From the NCBI GenBank assembly GCA_050273025.1, contig CP158635.1:20150001-20214000 (forward strand): DNA of 64,000 nt. Direction: 5' to 3'. This document shows, piece by piece, positions 1-14,489 of this stretch (within the stretch, counting starts at the first letter, position 1; the number at the start of each line of letters is the position of its first letter). The notes beneath the pieces were generated by a model. That model searched no databases. It saw only the letters and a program-made list of their open reading frames with translations, and was not told the origin of the DNA. The stretch comes from Cenococcum geophilum (taxonomy: Eukaryota). The translations under genes were made by a program, and so were the position numbers.

Positions 1-2374
1 TAATAATAACCTAGCTAAGTTAACTATGGAGGACTTAGGCCCTACGTAGCTATAAAGGAAAGCTAGGAATATTAGACGCTATACTAAACTAAAAGATAGG
101 AAAGATAACTTATAGAAAATAGAACGTAAGCTAAAGAAGACTATAAACCCTATACCGCAAAATATAACCCAATAAATATCAGTAAAGAAACCGGTAAACC
201 TCCTACTAGTTAATATCTACTATATTAGTGCCGTGGGATTCCATTAGAACTTAGTTTAGCTTAATACCATCGCCTTTATAACTAGCTTATATAAAATTAA
301 TTAAATAATTAAAGAAAAAGAAAGTAAGCTTAGCGGATAAGAAAGCGAGCTTATAAATAAGGAACTAGTAAAACAAAAGCTGCCCTATTAATTAACTATA
401 AGATTAAGATTAAGCAGGGTAAGGAAAACACCCTTAGCTTTAGCCCCCTCTATAAGTAGTCTATTGCTAAATTATAGGCTATAAAGCAGTATCTTATTAA
501 TAACCTAAATAAGGGCTTTATTAAGCCTAGCCAAGCCCCTTTTACCTCGCCTATTCTCTTTATTAAAAAGCTAAATAAAGGACTTCGCTTTTATATTAAC
601 TATTATAAGCTAAATAATATAACCCGTAAGGACCGCTATCCGCTACCCCTACTTAATAAAACTCTAGCCTAAATAAGTAAAGCTAAGATCTTTATAAAGC
701 TTAATATCCGCTAGGCCTTTTACTAAATTAGGATAAATCCTAGGTCTAAAAATCTTACTATACTTTAGACCTATTACGGAATATATAAATATAAGGTACT
801 CCCTTTTAGACTAACTAATAGACTAGCTATATACTAGCGGTATATAAATAATATACTCTTTAACTACCTTAACTATACGACCTATTTAGATAATATTATA
901 ATCTACTTTAAAAACGAGCTAGAATATAAGGAGTACGTTTATAAAGTCCTATAACAGCTCTATAAGGCTACTCTAGGTTAATATTAAGAAGTTAGAGTTT
1001 AGTATTAAGCGTATAAAGTACCTAGGTTTTATTATTAGTATAAACGGAATTAAAGCCAACCTAGAGAAAATAGCCGTAATTAACTAGTAGGCACCCCCAC
1101 GGACTATAAAGGGGGTATAATTATTTTTAGGTTTTTATAACTTCTATTAACGCTTTATTAAGAACTATAGTAGGATCGCCTGGCCTCTTAACTATCTTAC
1201 TAGAAAAGACTAGCCCTTTTACTTTAACGCTATATATAGGCAGGCCTTTAATAAGCTTAAAAACGGCTAGTATCGGCTCCCCTACTTGCCTATTTTAACC
1301 TAAAACAGCCCTTAATGCTAGAAACTAATACCTTAAATAGCATAATAGCTAATATTTTTTCCTAAAAGCAACTAGATAGAGAATGGCACCCTATTATATA
1401 CTATTTAAAGACTATAATAGATGCCAAGCTAAACTACTTATAAGAGTATATATATTAGATCCCGCCGCGCTTGTGAATAAGTTCGCAAGCACTCTATATC
1501 TTTTTGGCCGTATAGCGACGTAGAGGCGGGATACGTTACACTACCACATCTATAATAAAGAAATGCTAGCTATTATCTCTAGCTTTTAGCACTAGCATAT
1601 ATAGCTAGAGGGGACCCCCAAGCTAATTAAGGTAGTTTTAGATTATAAGGCCCTAGAATACTTTATAATAACTAAGGCCCTTATAGCCCGGCAGGCACGC
1701 TAGGCGGATATTCTATCTTAGTTTAACTTTTTAATTATATATAGACTAGGCGCTATAAACTACGCAAACGCTCTTATAAGGCGCGAATAAGACCTAAATA
1801 ACTAGATGGCTATAAAGATGTTATTACGGACCTAGGCGCTACTATAACTAGAACACCTTAACTCCTAAATATAGGCAGAACTAAGCACGGACTCCTTAGG
1901 CGCCAAAATATATCCTATTAACTCCTCTAAACTTAACCTTATTAATAAACTACTATAGGCCAACTAAATGACCCCCTCTTTATAAGAGTACCGTAAAAAG
2001 GCAAAGAATATTACTAGCTTATGGTCCCTTAAAAATAGACTACTTAAGTACTAAGAATGGCTAGTAGTAGCTAAAAAACAGAACTTACGGACCTAGCTTA
2101 TTGCCAAAGCTTATACCTAGGTCTCTACGGCCTACCCTAGAAAAAATAAGACCTATAAGATTATTAGTAACCGCTACTACTAGCCCAGAATAGTTATAAA
2201 TATTGACCGTTATATACGGAACTGCGACAGCTGCTATAAATATATAATCCTATAAAATAAGACCCTAGGACTATTAAAACCACTCCTAATACTAAAACGC
2301 CCCTAGCAATATATCTCTATAGACTTCTATAAGCTATTTATAGACCATAACGGATATAATATAGTTATAATTCT
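1..2374 (+). mobile_element. Gypsy/Ty3 LTR retrotransposon 1, pol fragment (RT, RNase H, integrase N-part), RIP-degenerate
   Basis: Degenerate motifs: GLRFYINYYKLN/KDRYPLP (~580-650), YLDNI (~885), LETNT (~1320), LNYHIYNKEMLAI (1428-1575), integrase zinc-finger region and ISIDF (~2315); many in-frame stops. Breaks off at ~2374. Confidence 0.85.
1439..1540. mobile_element. 102-bp solo-LTR-like insertion in the Gypsy RNase H
   Basis: Ends TATAA (RIPed TGTAA)...TTACA; 5-bp TSD ctact 1434-1438 / ctacc 1541-1545; removing it restores AKLNYHIYNKEMLAI. Confidence 0.75.
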
Positions 2375-5300
2375 ACTGGGTATGAAAAATCCTAATTAGC
2401 TAGTTAAAATTAGGGTCTATAGAATATTATACTCTTACTCCCTTTTAACCTAACCTTTAACTTATATATATAGAGTGTTTGTATTAATAAACGTTTCTAG
2501 AGCCTTATTTAAGTTTACCTTTATTATTATATCTACTAGGTTATCTTAACTATTAATTTATTAAATCTTAAAGAGTTTTTGCCATTTATAGGATTAATAA
2601 AGTGCTATAATATTAATTATAAGGCGCTTCTCCTTTATAGTACTAAGCTTAACTAAATACTTATAGAGGGAATATAAGTTAGTATATACGATTATAGGGA
2701 TAATGGGAAGTTTGAGTTAATCTATAATTATCTTTAGGGTAGTTCTAATTACAATTGCCATATTAACTCCGCTAACTATTCTATATATCTCTAATACTAA
2801 AACGCTTTAAGTAACGCGCTTATTCTTAATTAAGCTCTAATAAATAAGATTACCGTAGATTATAAAGTTATTCTCTCTAGTAGATTCGTTTGTGATAATA
2901 ATCTTATATCCTAGCTAGGAGCTAAAATCTTTATTATTTATAAACGATCTATTAACAAATATAAAGAGCTTAGTAGTGGGAAGATTAATAGGCACGTAGT
3001 ATAGTCCCCGGTTAAGATAGTTTATTTATTAAAAAAAAACATTTATTTAGGGTAAGAATATTATCCTTAGTTAGTTCCTAGTATTAGGTGGTAATAAAGA
3101 GATTAAATAAAGCCTTAGGTTAATAGATAGAAGTAATATAAGCTCTATAAGCATATTACTCTATATATCCTTACTTTAAAGAATTAACGTTAATAACGTT
3201 AATCTTTTTACCTTAACCCTTCTGGTGTAAAGCAATAGAATCCTTATTTAGGGAGAGGATACATTTATTAAAGAGTAATAGTATTATTAAATTAAGCTTT
3301 TTCTTTAGCTTTGCTATAAGATTTGCTTTTACTAGTTTATCTTCTTTAAAAGCTAAGAATTAGTTATCTCCTAAAATAATTATATTATTAGTTTATATGC
3401 TAATAATTCTAAATAGAGTTCCTATGGTTATAATAAGGAAGTATAGATTAAATATAGAAGTAGTTATTAAAAGCTTTTCTTTATAGTGCTTACTATAGAT
3501 AGCCCATTAATAAGTTTCTACCTCTATAATTTTATATAATAGCTTAAGCATAACCATAATTATATCTTCGGGGTATTAGTGGCGAATTTACTCTAAAAGG
3601 TATACTAGTATTAAGCGCTAAAGGGGCGTCTCTAATTAAGTATAGGCTTAAGTAATATCTCGTAAATAAACCGCTATTCTATTCTTTATTAAGGAGAAAG
3701 CTAGCGTAATAATAACTTACTAACTAGCTCGTTAAATTATAGGAGATTATATAAAAATTACCTCCTTACTATTATTATTGTAACCTTAGATAATAAGCCT
3801 TAATTTCTTAAATAGGGCGTTAGTAGCTTTACCCTTAATCTTATTAACTATTCTTAACTTAAAGATATAAACTCTATTAAACTTAGTAGGGTTATACTTC
3901 TTAAATTTAAAGACTCCTCTCGTAATAAGACTATTAATCTCCTACTTATTAGATGCTTAAAAAGGAGCTCCTAGAGTTATAATATAACCTTCCTTTTAAA
4001 GCTGTTTTGTAAGTTTAAAGTTAGCCTTCTTTTTAGCTATTATAAAGGCTATTAATAGCTTAACTCTATTCTTAATAGCAGTAATAAATTGCTCTTTAAA
4101 ATTAATAAGATGTTAGTAATTTTATAATCCCTTTAGGCGACCTTTACCGCGTTATAGTTGTAGCGTATCTACTATAATTATATTAGGATTATAGTTGCCT
4201 TCTAAAGTATATTAATTATAGTTCTCCTTTAAGGTATATTTTATAGCATCCTATAAAGGCTTAGAACTATTATCTTTATAGTAAGGCTTAATAATAGTTA
4301 AATGGAATTAAGTGGGTCTATAAGGCATCTAAATAGTATAAGTTTAACTATTAATTATAATAAGTTAATATAGGCCTAACTACCCTCCCTTTTTACGCTA
4401 TACGCGTACCTTAAACTAGAGTAGTAGATTAAGCGTAGTTAAGGTATTTAGGCCATTTCTTATTCCTAATACGTTATTAACCTAGCGTATAGCATAGAGA
4501 CGTTATACCTCCTTCGTTGCCTTATAAATAGCCTTAGCTTATTATATAATAGAGGGAGATAGTAAAGAATTATTAGTTATTTAAGGGTAGGCGCTAAAGA
4601 CTAGTAATATAGGTATAAGTCTATCCGGGCTAGCGGAATTGTTAATAACTTTAATAGCTATTTATAAGGTAAGTTCTTTACTAATATTCTTTAGTTTTAA
4701 AGAAATAATTTTATATACGCGGTGTAATAGCGTATAATATTGCTCTACTTTTCTAATACTATTATATACCTTAATAGGGACTTCCTTAACCTTAATTACC
4801 ATTACCATTATCTATTATTAAAACTCTATAGATAAAAAGTTCTTTCCTATATTATAGACGATTTAGCTAGGGGGTCCTAAGTAGACATTAATTTAGTATA
4901 ATTAAAGGGTATCCTATATATTCCTAGCTAATATATCCTTTAAGAAACGTACGGCTTAGAAGAAGGTTAAGAAGTTAATAACTTAGAGTACTGGCTTACC
5001 GCTAAGATATATAACATTAACAATAATATAAAAGTTAAAGTTATAGTTATCTTTAAGGCTAAACTTAAATCGGCTAGGGAACTTCTAGTTTATTTAGTAG
5101 TAGTAATAGTACTTTATAAAATACTTAATCGCCTTAACCTTAACTTTATAGCCTACTTACTAAAGGACCCTAAGTAGTTAGTAAATAGATAGGTAGCTAA
5201 AGTAATGGTGTAGTTAACGTAACTCTAACTTAGTTAAGTAGCTCTAAGTAATACTCTTTTTTAGTTAATAAAGGAGTAACTAGGGGTAACCCTACTTATA

Positions 5301-6537
5301 TATAATAGTCACCTAATTATCTCCCTAAATAAGTATATTCTTAAGGTTATTAAGCTTAACGCCTAATTAATTTATATCTTTAATGTAAAATAAAAATAGG
5401 GTATTTATAGGAATAATATAGAAAGTAATGCACCCTAAGGGGGTTTGGACCCTAATTATGCTAAGAAAAATTATAGTACCCTTATTAAAACAAATCGTAT
5501 ATTAGCCTGCTATTAAACAGTTAATTTAAATAGAGCTATTAAGCTGCTAAAGGGCTCGAACTTAAGGTTCTCTTACTATAGATACTTCTATGGCTCCAGT
5601 GTCTGGCATAATACTATAAAAGACGTTCGCTAAGTATCTGTTATTAAAGGAGAACGTAAAACTCTCCTATAGCTTATTAAAGATATCTAACTTCGTAATA
5701 GAGTAAAGCGTAGATTAGTTATTAAGAATAGTAACGGTTTATATACTATCTACCTTACTATACTTAGTAAAGTATTAGTTAGGTAAGTAGTTCTTAATTT
5801 CTATATCTATAAGGAGCTATTTAGCCTTATTAACCTTACCCTTAAAATCTTCTACGCCTTTATATTAAACTAAGAAGCTTTAAAAGTAGGCTATAGTAAC
5901 CTTATAATTTCTAACATTTCTTATACTTTAGTAAACCTTATTATATACCTCCTTTTACTTATTAAGAGAATGCCTAGTTAACTAGCAATTCGGTTTCTTA
6001 TAAATATAACACTTCTTCTAATAATTACTTTAAATAAACCTCTATAAGGGCCTCTACCTTTACCTTATAGTTATTAATTATACCCTTTACTATATTATCT
6101 ACCTTAGCTACTATATATTTAATTAATCTAGTTATAATTATATTAGTTAGGCGGGTTAATTAAAGTAGGTTAAAGTTAGGCATTAAATTACTATACTTCT
6201 TAAGAGCGTAAAGCGGTACTAATAAAAGATCTTAATTAAGTATATACTCCTTCGTAAGTATTTACAGGATTAAAGAAAGTAAGGTTATATTCTTTAACGC
6301 CTTAATATACGCTAATAACTTAATTATATAGGCTAAAATCCTTTTAATATAATTCGGATAAACCACGCTAAATTATCTAAAGTTAATTAAAGAGCTTTTA
6401 AAGATAATTAAGCCAAGGGATATCTAGGTTTATAGCAATAATCCTTAAAAAGGTAATCTCTCTCTATTTTAATATATACTACTACTTATTCTCTTTTATT
6501 TTAAAGTAGTATCTTAACTTATATATTATGCGGTTAA

Positions 6538-6962
6538 TGTAACGGAACCTTGTAGTAAGAACTACGATGGGTTCGTCAATGGGCTAGGTGTGTAGGAAAT
6601 GCAAGTATAAAAGTCAACAACGTAATAACAACTGGTGGAGTGGTTGCCTAATAGATTAACTCTAATTATATTCTGAGAATTACTATAAGGAAGGAACTAT
6701 CTAGGTAGGGACTAAGGGTCCTTAAATACACAACCGTACTTTTATAAAATCCTTCTTATACGTAATATACGTCTTATATATAAGGTACGTAAGTTTCTCT
6801 TATTCCTCTCGTTTAATACGTAGTATATTATATGACCTTAGTTACTATTCCTCGTTATATAGTTCTATGGGTTCTATTCTAGACTATGCTTATATTAACT
6901 AACTAGCTTCTTCTAACTCCTCTCTAAGTAGTTATAGCATTGTACTTAAAGCGTCCGTAACA
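6538..6962 (-). repeat. 3' LTR of Gypsy 2
   Basis: Direct repeat of 14065-14489; the differences I saw are almost all transitions. Confidence 0.95.
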
Positions 6963-9900
6963 CTATCTCCCTCCTCTTTATCTTTATTCTTAAAGATTTA
7001 AAATATCTCTAAGTCGTTTACTAGAGGTATAATATCCGTCTAATTAATTTAGTTAATATTATTGCTTATTATACCTAAAGCAATTTCTTCTTTACACGCC
7101 CAACGTCGTGCTCGCACTATTGCTGTAATATTATCTTTTAGTAAGATTATGCCATCTCCGTATTCTCGTTATTTAAAAGAGGGATTAGTTTATATTACGT
7201 TAGTAAGTCCTTTATCCCGGCAACCTTCCTCTTATTTAAAGTGCACTAAAGCGAATATTTAGTTATCCTATAACGTTCGCTCTACTTCTAATGCTAAATA
7301 TACGCGACCTATTACTCTTAATAGTCGTCTGGTTCCCTAATTAATTTATCTTAGGGTTTTATATTTAATCTGCTGCTGCTTAGCTAGATGGTAAACTATT
7401 ATAAGCCCTTGCTAAGTTAAAACGTTCCTGTAACGCGGAATAGAAGGCCCTAAATACTTAAATTACGGCGTCTACTTATTTACTTCGTCTTAAAAAGGTT
7501 TATAAGAAGGTCTATTCTAAGGAGTAAAAACTTATAAAATAAGGTCTATAGGAACTAGGTAATAAAAGAACGGATTCTCTTCTAATAGAGAAGGAAATAG
7601 ATCTAAATAGTTCGGCAACTGCTCTTTTTAGGTCCCCCTTAGGTGACTTATTCTTTAGCAATTCTTTTTTATTAATACTACCTAACCTAATCTCTTCCGA
7701 TACTCCTATACCTTTTCTATAACGTTCTTTAAATTCTCTAGTAGCTCCTAGGTAGTCTTAGTATAGCCTATCTACTTAACCTTATACTATATTTCGTTGT
7801 CAATGTCCTTATAATTAACGATCTTTAATACTTACTATTTGTCTTCTTCTTATCCTCTATACGTGTCTGCTTTATAAACCAGTAGCTTAATATTCCTATA
7901 TACTAGCTCTAGTATTACAATGTGCTATATAGGGTAGATCTTCATTTTAGCTAGTAGGTTTAACTTAAACGTAACCGGTGAAATCCTCTATATAATTTCG
8001 AAAGGTCCTAGTCTAATATAGTCCAATTTCTTACTTAGTTATTAACTCTTAAAATTTTTGTATAGTAGCTATACTTTATCTCCCTCCTTAAGATCTAGTC
8101 CCTTAGATCTCTTAGCATTATAGTACTTTTTTATTCTCTTTTATACTTTCTTTACTAATTCCATAAGGTTTATATAAAGATTTATTAATATCTTTATTCT
8201 CTCTTTAGCTGTACTACTCGTTTTCTTTACTTACCGTAGTAATAACGATGTTTTTAGCTTATATCTATAATTTGCCTTAAATAGTAATGTGCCTATTCCT
8301 TCTTAAGGTGTTGTATTATATATAAACTATATAACTAGTAACAGTAATACCTAATTATTCTATGCATAATTGATATAATATCTTAGATACTATTCTAGCG
8401 TCTAATTTAATCTTTCTGTTTAACCGTCTGTCTGCGGATAATATACGGTAGAAGTTACTACTTAAACTCCTTACTCCGCTAAGAACACTTCCTAGAATAC
8501 TACTATAAATCTTAAATCTCTATCTAATATAATTTTACTTAGTGCTCTATGTCTTATAAACACTTCTTTAATATAAATTCTAGCAACATCTTCTGCTAAG
8601 ATTTCTTCTGTACATACTATAAAGTATCCCCACTTCATAAGCTTATCTACTATTACTAAGATTACGTTATAATCTTATCCGGTAATAGGGTCTTTTAATT
8701 TTAGTAACTTAATAATAAAGTCCCATAATATAACCTCCTATGGTCTCTCTGGTATTTTAACAGGTTATAGCCCTCCATATGGCTTATACCTTATTAGTTT
8801 ATTCCTTTAGCAATCTAGATATTCCTTTATAACCCTTCTAGCTATCCTTTAGATTCTATTAATGATGTACTCCTCCTAGAGTCTTAACACTAAGCCCGTA
8901 GCTCTATTATATCCTTAGGTTAGTCCCTTATAGAAGTCCTCTATAAACTGCTCTACTATACTTCTTAGGATATACTTTATTTTTTTGATTCTTGTATATA
9001 TCCGTCTATAGATCTTCTAGCTATGCTTTTAGAATTCTTTGTACCTAAAAGCTTTCTAGTATCTTATAGACTTTCTCTAGTTTGTTATCTTTTTAAGTTG
9101 CTGCGATTTTCGGATGATTATACCTAATTAATCTGTCTATATCTTTTTGCAATAAAGCCCTTAATAGCTTTTCCTTATTTTATAGTTTAGCTTTGCGGCT
9201 TAGAGTATCTACCCGCGTATTGTCTGTACCTTTAGTATGCTAAATCTTGAAATAGTATTCCGTAAGCATCTCTGCCCATCTAACCTATCTTTAGTTAAGT
9301 TCCTTCATTATTAGGAATCCTATTAGGTTCTTATAATCTATCTTAACTATAAATAGTTTCTCTATGCCTTATAAGAATGCTCTCTATTTCTTTAATACTA
9401 TAACTATACCTAATAACTCTTTATTATAGATGTTATAGTTTAACTCCGGTGGTGTTATCTTCCGACTATAGTATACTACTAGGTGCTATCTATCTTAATG
9501 CCTTTATATAAAGCACGCCCTTAGTATATAGTTTAATGCATCTGTTTTTATAACCGTCTCTAGTCCTAGTTAATAGATCTTAAGAACTGGCTCCTAGGTA
9601 AACAACTCTTTAACTTTTTTAAAGAGTTCTCTTTACTCCTTCCCCTATGCCTATAGTTCTTCTTTCTTTATTAACCGTATAAATAGCTTAATGTCCTTTA
9701 ACCATTACGCTATAAACCTTTTATAGTAATTGCAAAACCCTAGGAACGATTTTAACTATATAACGTTCTCTAGTTCCTACTAATTTACTATAGCCTTAAT
9801 CTTCTTTAGATCTATGCTAAGTTAGTTTAGTTTAATAATAAATCTAACGAAATCGGTTTTCTTGGTGAAGAACTCGTATTTCTTAATTGCTATTGGCATC

Positions 9901-12900
9901 TGTTCTTCTTATAGTCTCTTTAAGACCTATTTAACGTGTTCCCTATGTTCTTTCTTAGTTATTAAGTAGATAATAATATTATTAAGATATACTATAATAA
10001 ATTCATCTAAGTGTTCTCCTAATATATTGTTAATACGCTTTTAGAACGTTACTAGTGCGTTTATAAGCCCGAATTGTATAACTAATAGTTTATATAGTCC
10101 TTTCTTTAACCTAAAGGCTGCCTTCTATTTGTTGCCTTCCTTAATTCTAATCTAATAGTACGCCCATTTTAGATCTATCTTTGTAAAGATTTGCGCATTG
10201 CCTATCCTGTCTTAAATTTCGCTAATTAAGGGTAAAGGATACCTATCCTTTCTAGTAATGCTATTTAACTATTTATAGTCGATATACAGCCTTAGTTTGC
10301 TATTCTTCTTTGGTACAAATAGTACTGGATAACCCGCTGATGACTATGATAGTCTAATATATCCCTTTTGTAAATTTTTCTAAACAAACTCTTTTAACGC
10401 TCTACCCTCTTCTTTAGTAAGCTTATAGATTAGAAAGAACTTTAGACTTGTTTTTGGTTCTAACTCTATCTTATAGTCCTATACTGCATATTTTAATAGC
10501 TTCTTACTTTCTAGTGACTATAGTTTCTTGCCGTACTTGTGGTATCTCTTTAGTATATAACTTAGTCCTTTTTCTATTTCTTTATAGGTTGCTTCTACTT
10601 AGTACTATACTAACTTGGCTTGTTATTATATCTTACGGCGTTAAATATCTCTAATATTGACCTAACCTATAATCTAATTAATCCTTAGATTATATTCCTG
10701 TAATTAAGGCATGCTTAATACTGCCTCGTCCTGTCCTAATAGTAGAATATCAAAAGATATCTTAATTTGTCTTCCTTTAATAGTTATCTAAATAGGTCCT
10801 ATTTTAAGATTAATGATCCCTCCTCTATAGGTTATTAGATCTCCTAAAATTATAACTAATAGGTAAGGTTGCTTTTTTTATCTATAAGGTAGCCCTATTC
10901 TCTTAACTACTACTAGTAAGATATGGTTTCGCGTTACTCCACTATTTATTAGTGCTTTAAACTACTAATCTTACCAATTAATCTATAAATTTAGGTATTG
11001 TCCTTAAATTCCTTTAAGGGTCTAAGGCTCTACTACTGGCTCCCTTTAGTCCTATAGGCCTCTACTTTTCCTAACTGTTAGCTACTTAATCCTGGTGCAC
11101 TTGGCTCGCTCTTTAGCTAATACCTAATTCGCTTTTTATCTTTAATATGCTATAGATACATGTTTTCTAGGCATTCCCACCACTGTTGTCTATCTAAGTA
11201 TTCTTCTATAAGGAATCTTCCTAGTTAAAGTACTAAACTTCCTTCCTCTTAGATTTCTATTAGATACCATCTATATATATATTTAGCATTTCTATACTAT
11301 TACTCGTCCGTCATCTAGTATATCCTTATAGGGTATTTCCGATTCTTTTCTTTTAAATTTTTATGCATTTTATATATGTCGTCTATACACGCAATCTATA
11401 ATAACGTATAGTGTGCTAGGTGCTTTAGGTTAACTCTTAGCTCATCTTCATCCTTAAGTTTAAACCTTTGTTGTGCTAATCTAAACATTATAACTTTATT
11501 TGCAGGTACTAAAATACGCCTTTTACTTCTCTAGTCCTCTAAACGTTCCTTTAGATCCTTTAACGTTATAATTAAGGCTCCTTTAATATACGTTATAGCC
11601 TTCTTTATAATTAGGTGGTTCTAAATAACCTTTTCATCCAACTATATATAGAAATCTTCCTACTTATTATTGCGTCGTTGCCTATACTACTTTTGGTATA
11701 GCTACTAGAGTATATACGGTCTATCCGTAAGGAAATATCTCTTTATTACTACATTATAACAGCCTTTAGTATGTCGTTCTTTAAACCTAGTAGGGATCCC
11801 TAGATCCTCTTCTTATTCTAGTTTAGTAAGCTACTTAGCTCTTAGTATGCCTACTTTTAGCCTATTAGTAATTCTTTATACTAGTACTCTATCCTTTATA
11901 CGTCCTAATATGCTAAATCTTTTGTCTAGTTTCTGTTCTTACCATATAATAATTCTTTGCCTAAACTCTTCCATAGTTTCTTTTAGTTTGCGCCTTACGC
12001 TCCAATCCTTAAAGTCATCTTACTTCTTAATCCTAGTATCAATTTTTTAATCTTTAGTCCGAACACTTTGTTTAACTAGTAAATCCTCTAGGTCCATATA
12101 TCTGTCTCCTAGTTTAATTACTATTTATGCCGCAAATTCTCTAATCTATAAAGAAGCTCCTTGCCTCTAGTCTATAGGTGTCCTAATTTATACTCTGAAT
12201 TCTTAACCCCTTAGGTTCTTTAATCCCGAGCTTGCTTCTAACTTAAGCTTAGCTCCAGCCTTAGTCTAACTAGGCTTACTTAGTGTTCTTATCTCGTCTT
12301 AAGAGTCTTAAATCTCACTCATCTTATCTTAAGAATCTTATGCCGTTGGGAATTCTTATCCCAAGCTCATTTGTATATCTTTAAACTAAGCCACTGCTCT
12401 ACTCTATTGGTTATCGTCCATTATAGGTCCTTAAGCTTACCTTATCTTATCTTAAGAATCTTAGTTATCTCTTATTTTATCTTAAGAATCTTAAGCCTTT
12501 AGCCTTTTGCCTTTATTAAGTGCTAAAGTGGTTTACTGTCCTACTTCTCTTGCGTTTCGCAAAGCGATAGACATTATATCTAGTAGGGTTTTAATCCCTA
12601 CTAATATTCTTTATTCTATAATAGAATCATCCTCTACCTTTAATATAATATCTTTAAGGTCTGCTCGCTCCTAGTAAGCGGCCTTTATTGCCTTATTGTT
12701 ATAGAATATTTTACCTAGGTCGAATTTATCGTCCTTAATATCCGATCTGCGAACTAGTTCGTTAGTTCCTCTATATCCTATAGGTGCTAGCTCTTATAGC
12801 CAATAGCTTACGCCATACTTAACGTCCTTATAAATTTGGTATACATTATTATAACAAAACGCAAAACTTTTAATTAAACACTCTTTTGTTCCTTACAGCA

Positions 12901-14064
12901 CATTATTATCCCTTTATACGTATATATTGTCTACTAGTCTTATGCCTTTTACTATATAATAACTCTACCCACTTCTACAGTCTCTGACGTAATAACCCTG
13001 TTTTCCGTAATTTATATAAGCTCCTTCTTTAAACCATTTCTCTTATTATAGAGTCCGCCTAAATGTCTTCTGCTGTTAAGATCCCTAATTCGGCCTCTGC
13101 TCCTTAGACTTTTAATTACTTAATCCTTATCCTCTGGGTTTCTATAGTTTGCTCTATCTCTTATAGGCTTCTTTAGTACTACTTAGGTCCATTAGCTCTG
13201 CGCCATACCATAGTTTCTAACTTAGCTTTTATCATTACGTACTCTGCGCCTTATATAACTATAAAACTCTGTCCTAACCTCTCTTAGCCTGTTCCCTTTA
13301 GTAGATCTAATTATTAATCTTAATCGCCTAATCTATTAGATCCCTTAGGGTATCCGCATCTTCTATTAGGATAATTGCATCCTAGACTTTAGCCTTAAGT
13401 TCCTATTTATACTGTGCTATAAGCGCCCTATTATTCCACTCTACTTATATTACTAGTGTCTGGAACTATATTATATACTTAATTACTAAAGTTCGTTATA
13501 TAAGGTTCTAGAGTTTTCTTTCCGCTATAGTTATTTCTTCCGGGTCTCTAAATATCTATGTTAGTTATTCTGCAAATCCTTCCCAACTTAAGAATATAAA
13601 TCGCACGTCTTAGTTAGTGGTTATCATTCCGTTTGCCTATATCTCTATAAGGTAAAATTTAAACCACTTAAGTACTTTTCCTAATAAGAATAGTCCTATA
13701 TAGGCTATCCAATCCATGGGTATAGGTAACTTTGCTCCCTCTTATAAGACCTTAAAGTATATCTATATAAGGAATCCTTTAAGCTTTAACCTCTCTCCTA
13801 TAAATCTCTTAATTAATAGTAGCTTAATCTTTACTACTCCTATCCCGTTAAGTCTTTCTTCCAATACTATATTATTAGCTGTTAGCTAGTTAACTATTTC
13901 CTATAGCTATCCAACCGTCACAGGTTGCTATAAGTCAGTATCCGCCATACTAATATCACCTCCTGTCCTTAAAGTAGTTGCTGCCGTTAATGGCGTTATA
14001 GTGGCTGCTTTTGGTGGCATATTATTCGACTTCTTATATTAATACTATAACTGGGTAATAATTG

Positions 14065-14489
14065 TATAACGGAACCTTATAGTAAAAACTACGATGGGTT
14101 CGTTAATAGGCTAGGTATATAGGAAATGCAAGTATAAAAGTTAACAACGTAATAATAACTGGTGGAGTAGTTGCCTAATAGATTAACTCCAATTGTATTC
14201 TAAGAATCACTATAAGGAAGGAACTATCTAGGTAGGGACTAAGGGTCCTTAAATACACAACTGTACTCCTATAAAATCCTTCTTATACGTAATATACGTC
14301 TTATACGTAAGGTACGTAAGTTCCTCTCGTTCCTCTTATTTAATACGTAGCACATTATGTGACCTTAGTTACCATTCCTCGTCACATGGTTCTACGGGTT
14401 CCATTCTAGACCGTGCTTGTATTAACCAACTAGCTTCTTCCGACTCCTCTCTAAGTAGTCATAGCATTGTACTTAAAGCGTCCGTAACA
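14065..14489 (-). repeat. 5' LTR of Gypsy 2
   Basis: Direct repeat of 6538-6962. Confidence 0.95.

Larger units (their letters stand above)
6538..14489 (-). mobile_element. Full-length Gypsy/chromovirus retrotransposon 2, RIPed
   Basis: 425-bp LTRs at 6538-6962 and 14065-14489 (TGTAAC...TAACA); TSD GTTAA at 6533-6537 and 14490-14494; PPT next to 6962 on minus; gag knuckle ~12970-13030, RT ~9950-10330, chromodomain ~7735-7840. Confidence 0.95.

Noticed and set aside
12290..12500. AAGAATCTTA repeats as a CRISPR-like array
   Set aside because: Short, irregularly spaced and within Gypsy coding sequence in a eukaryotic context.
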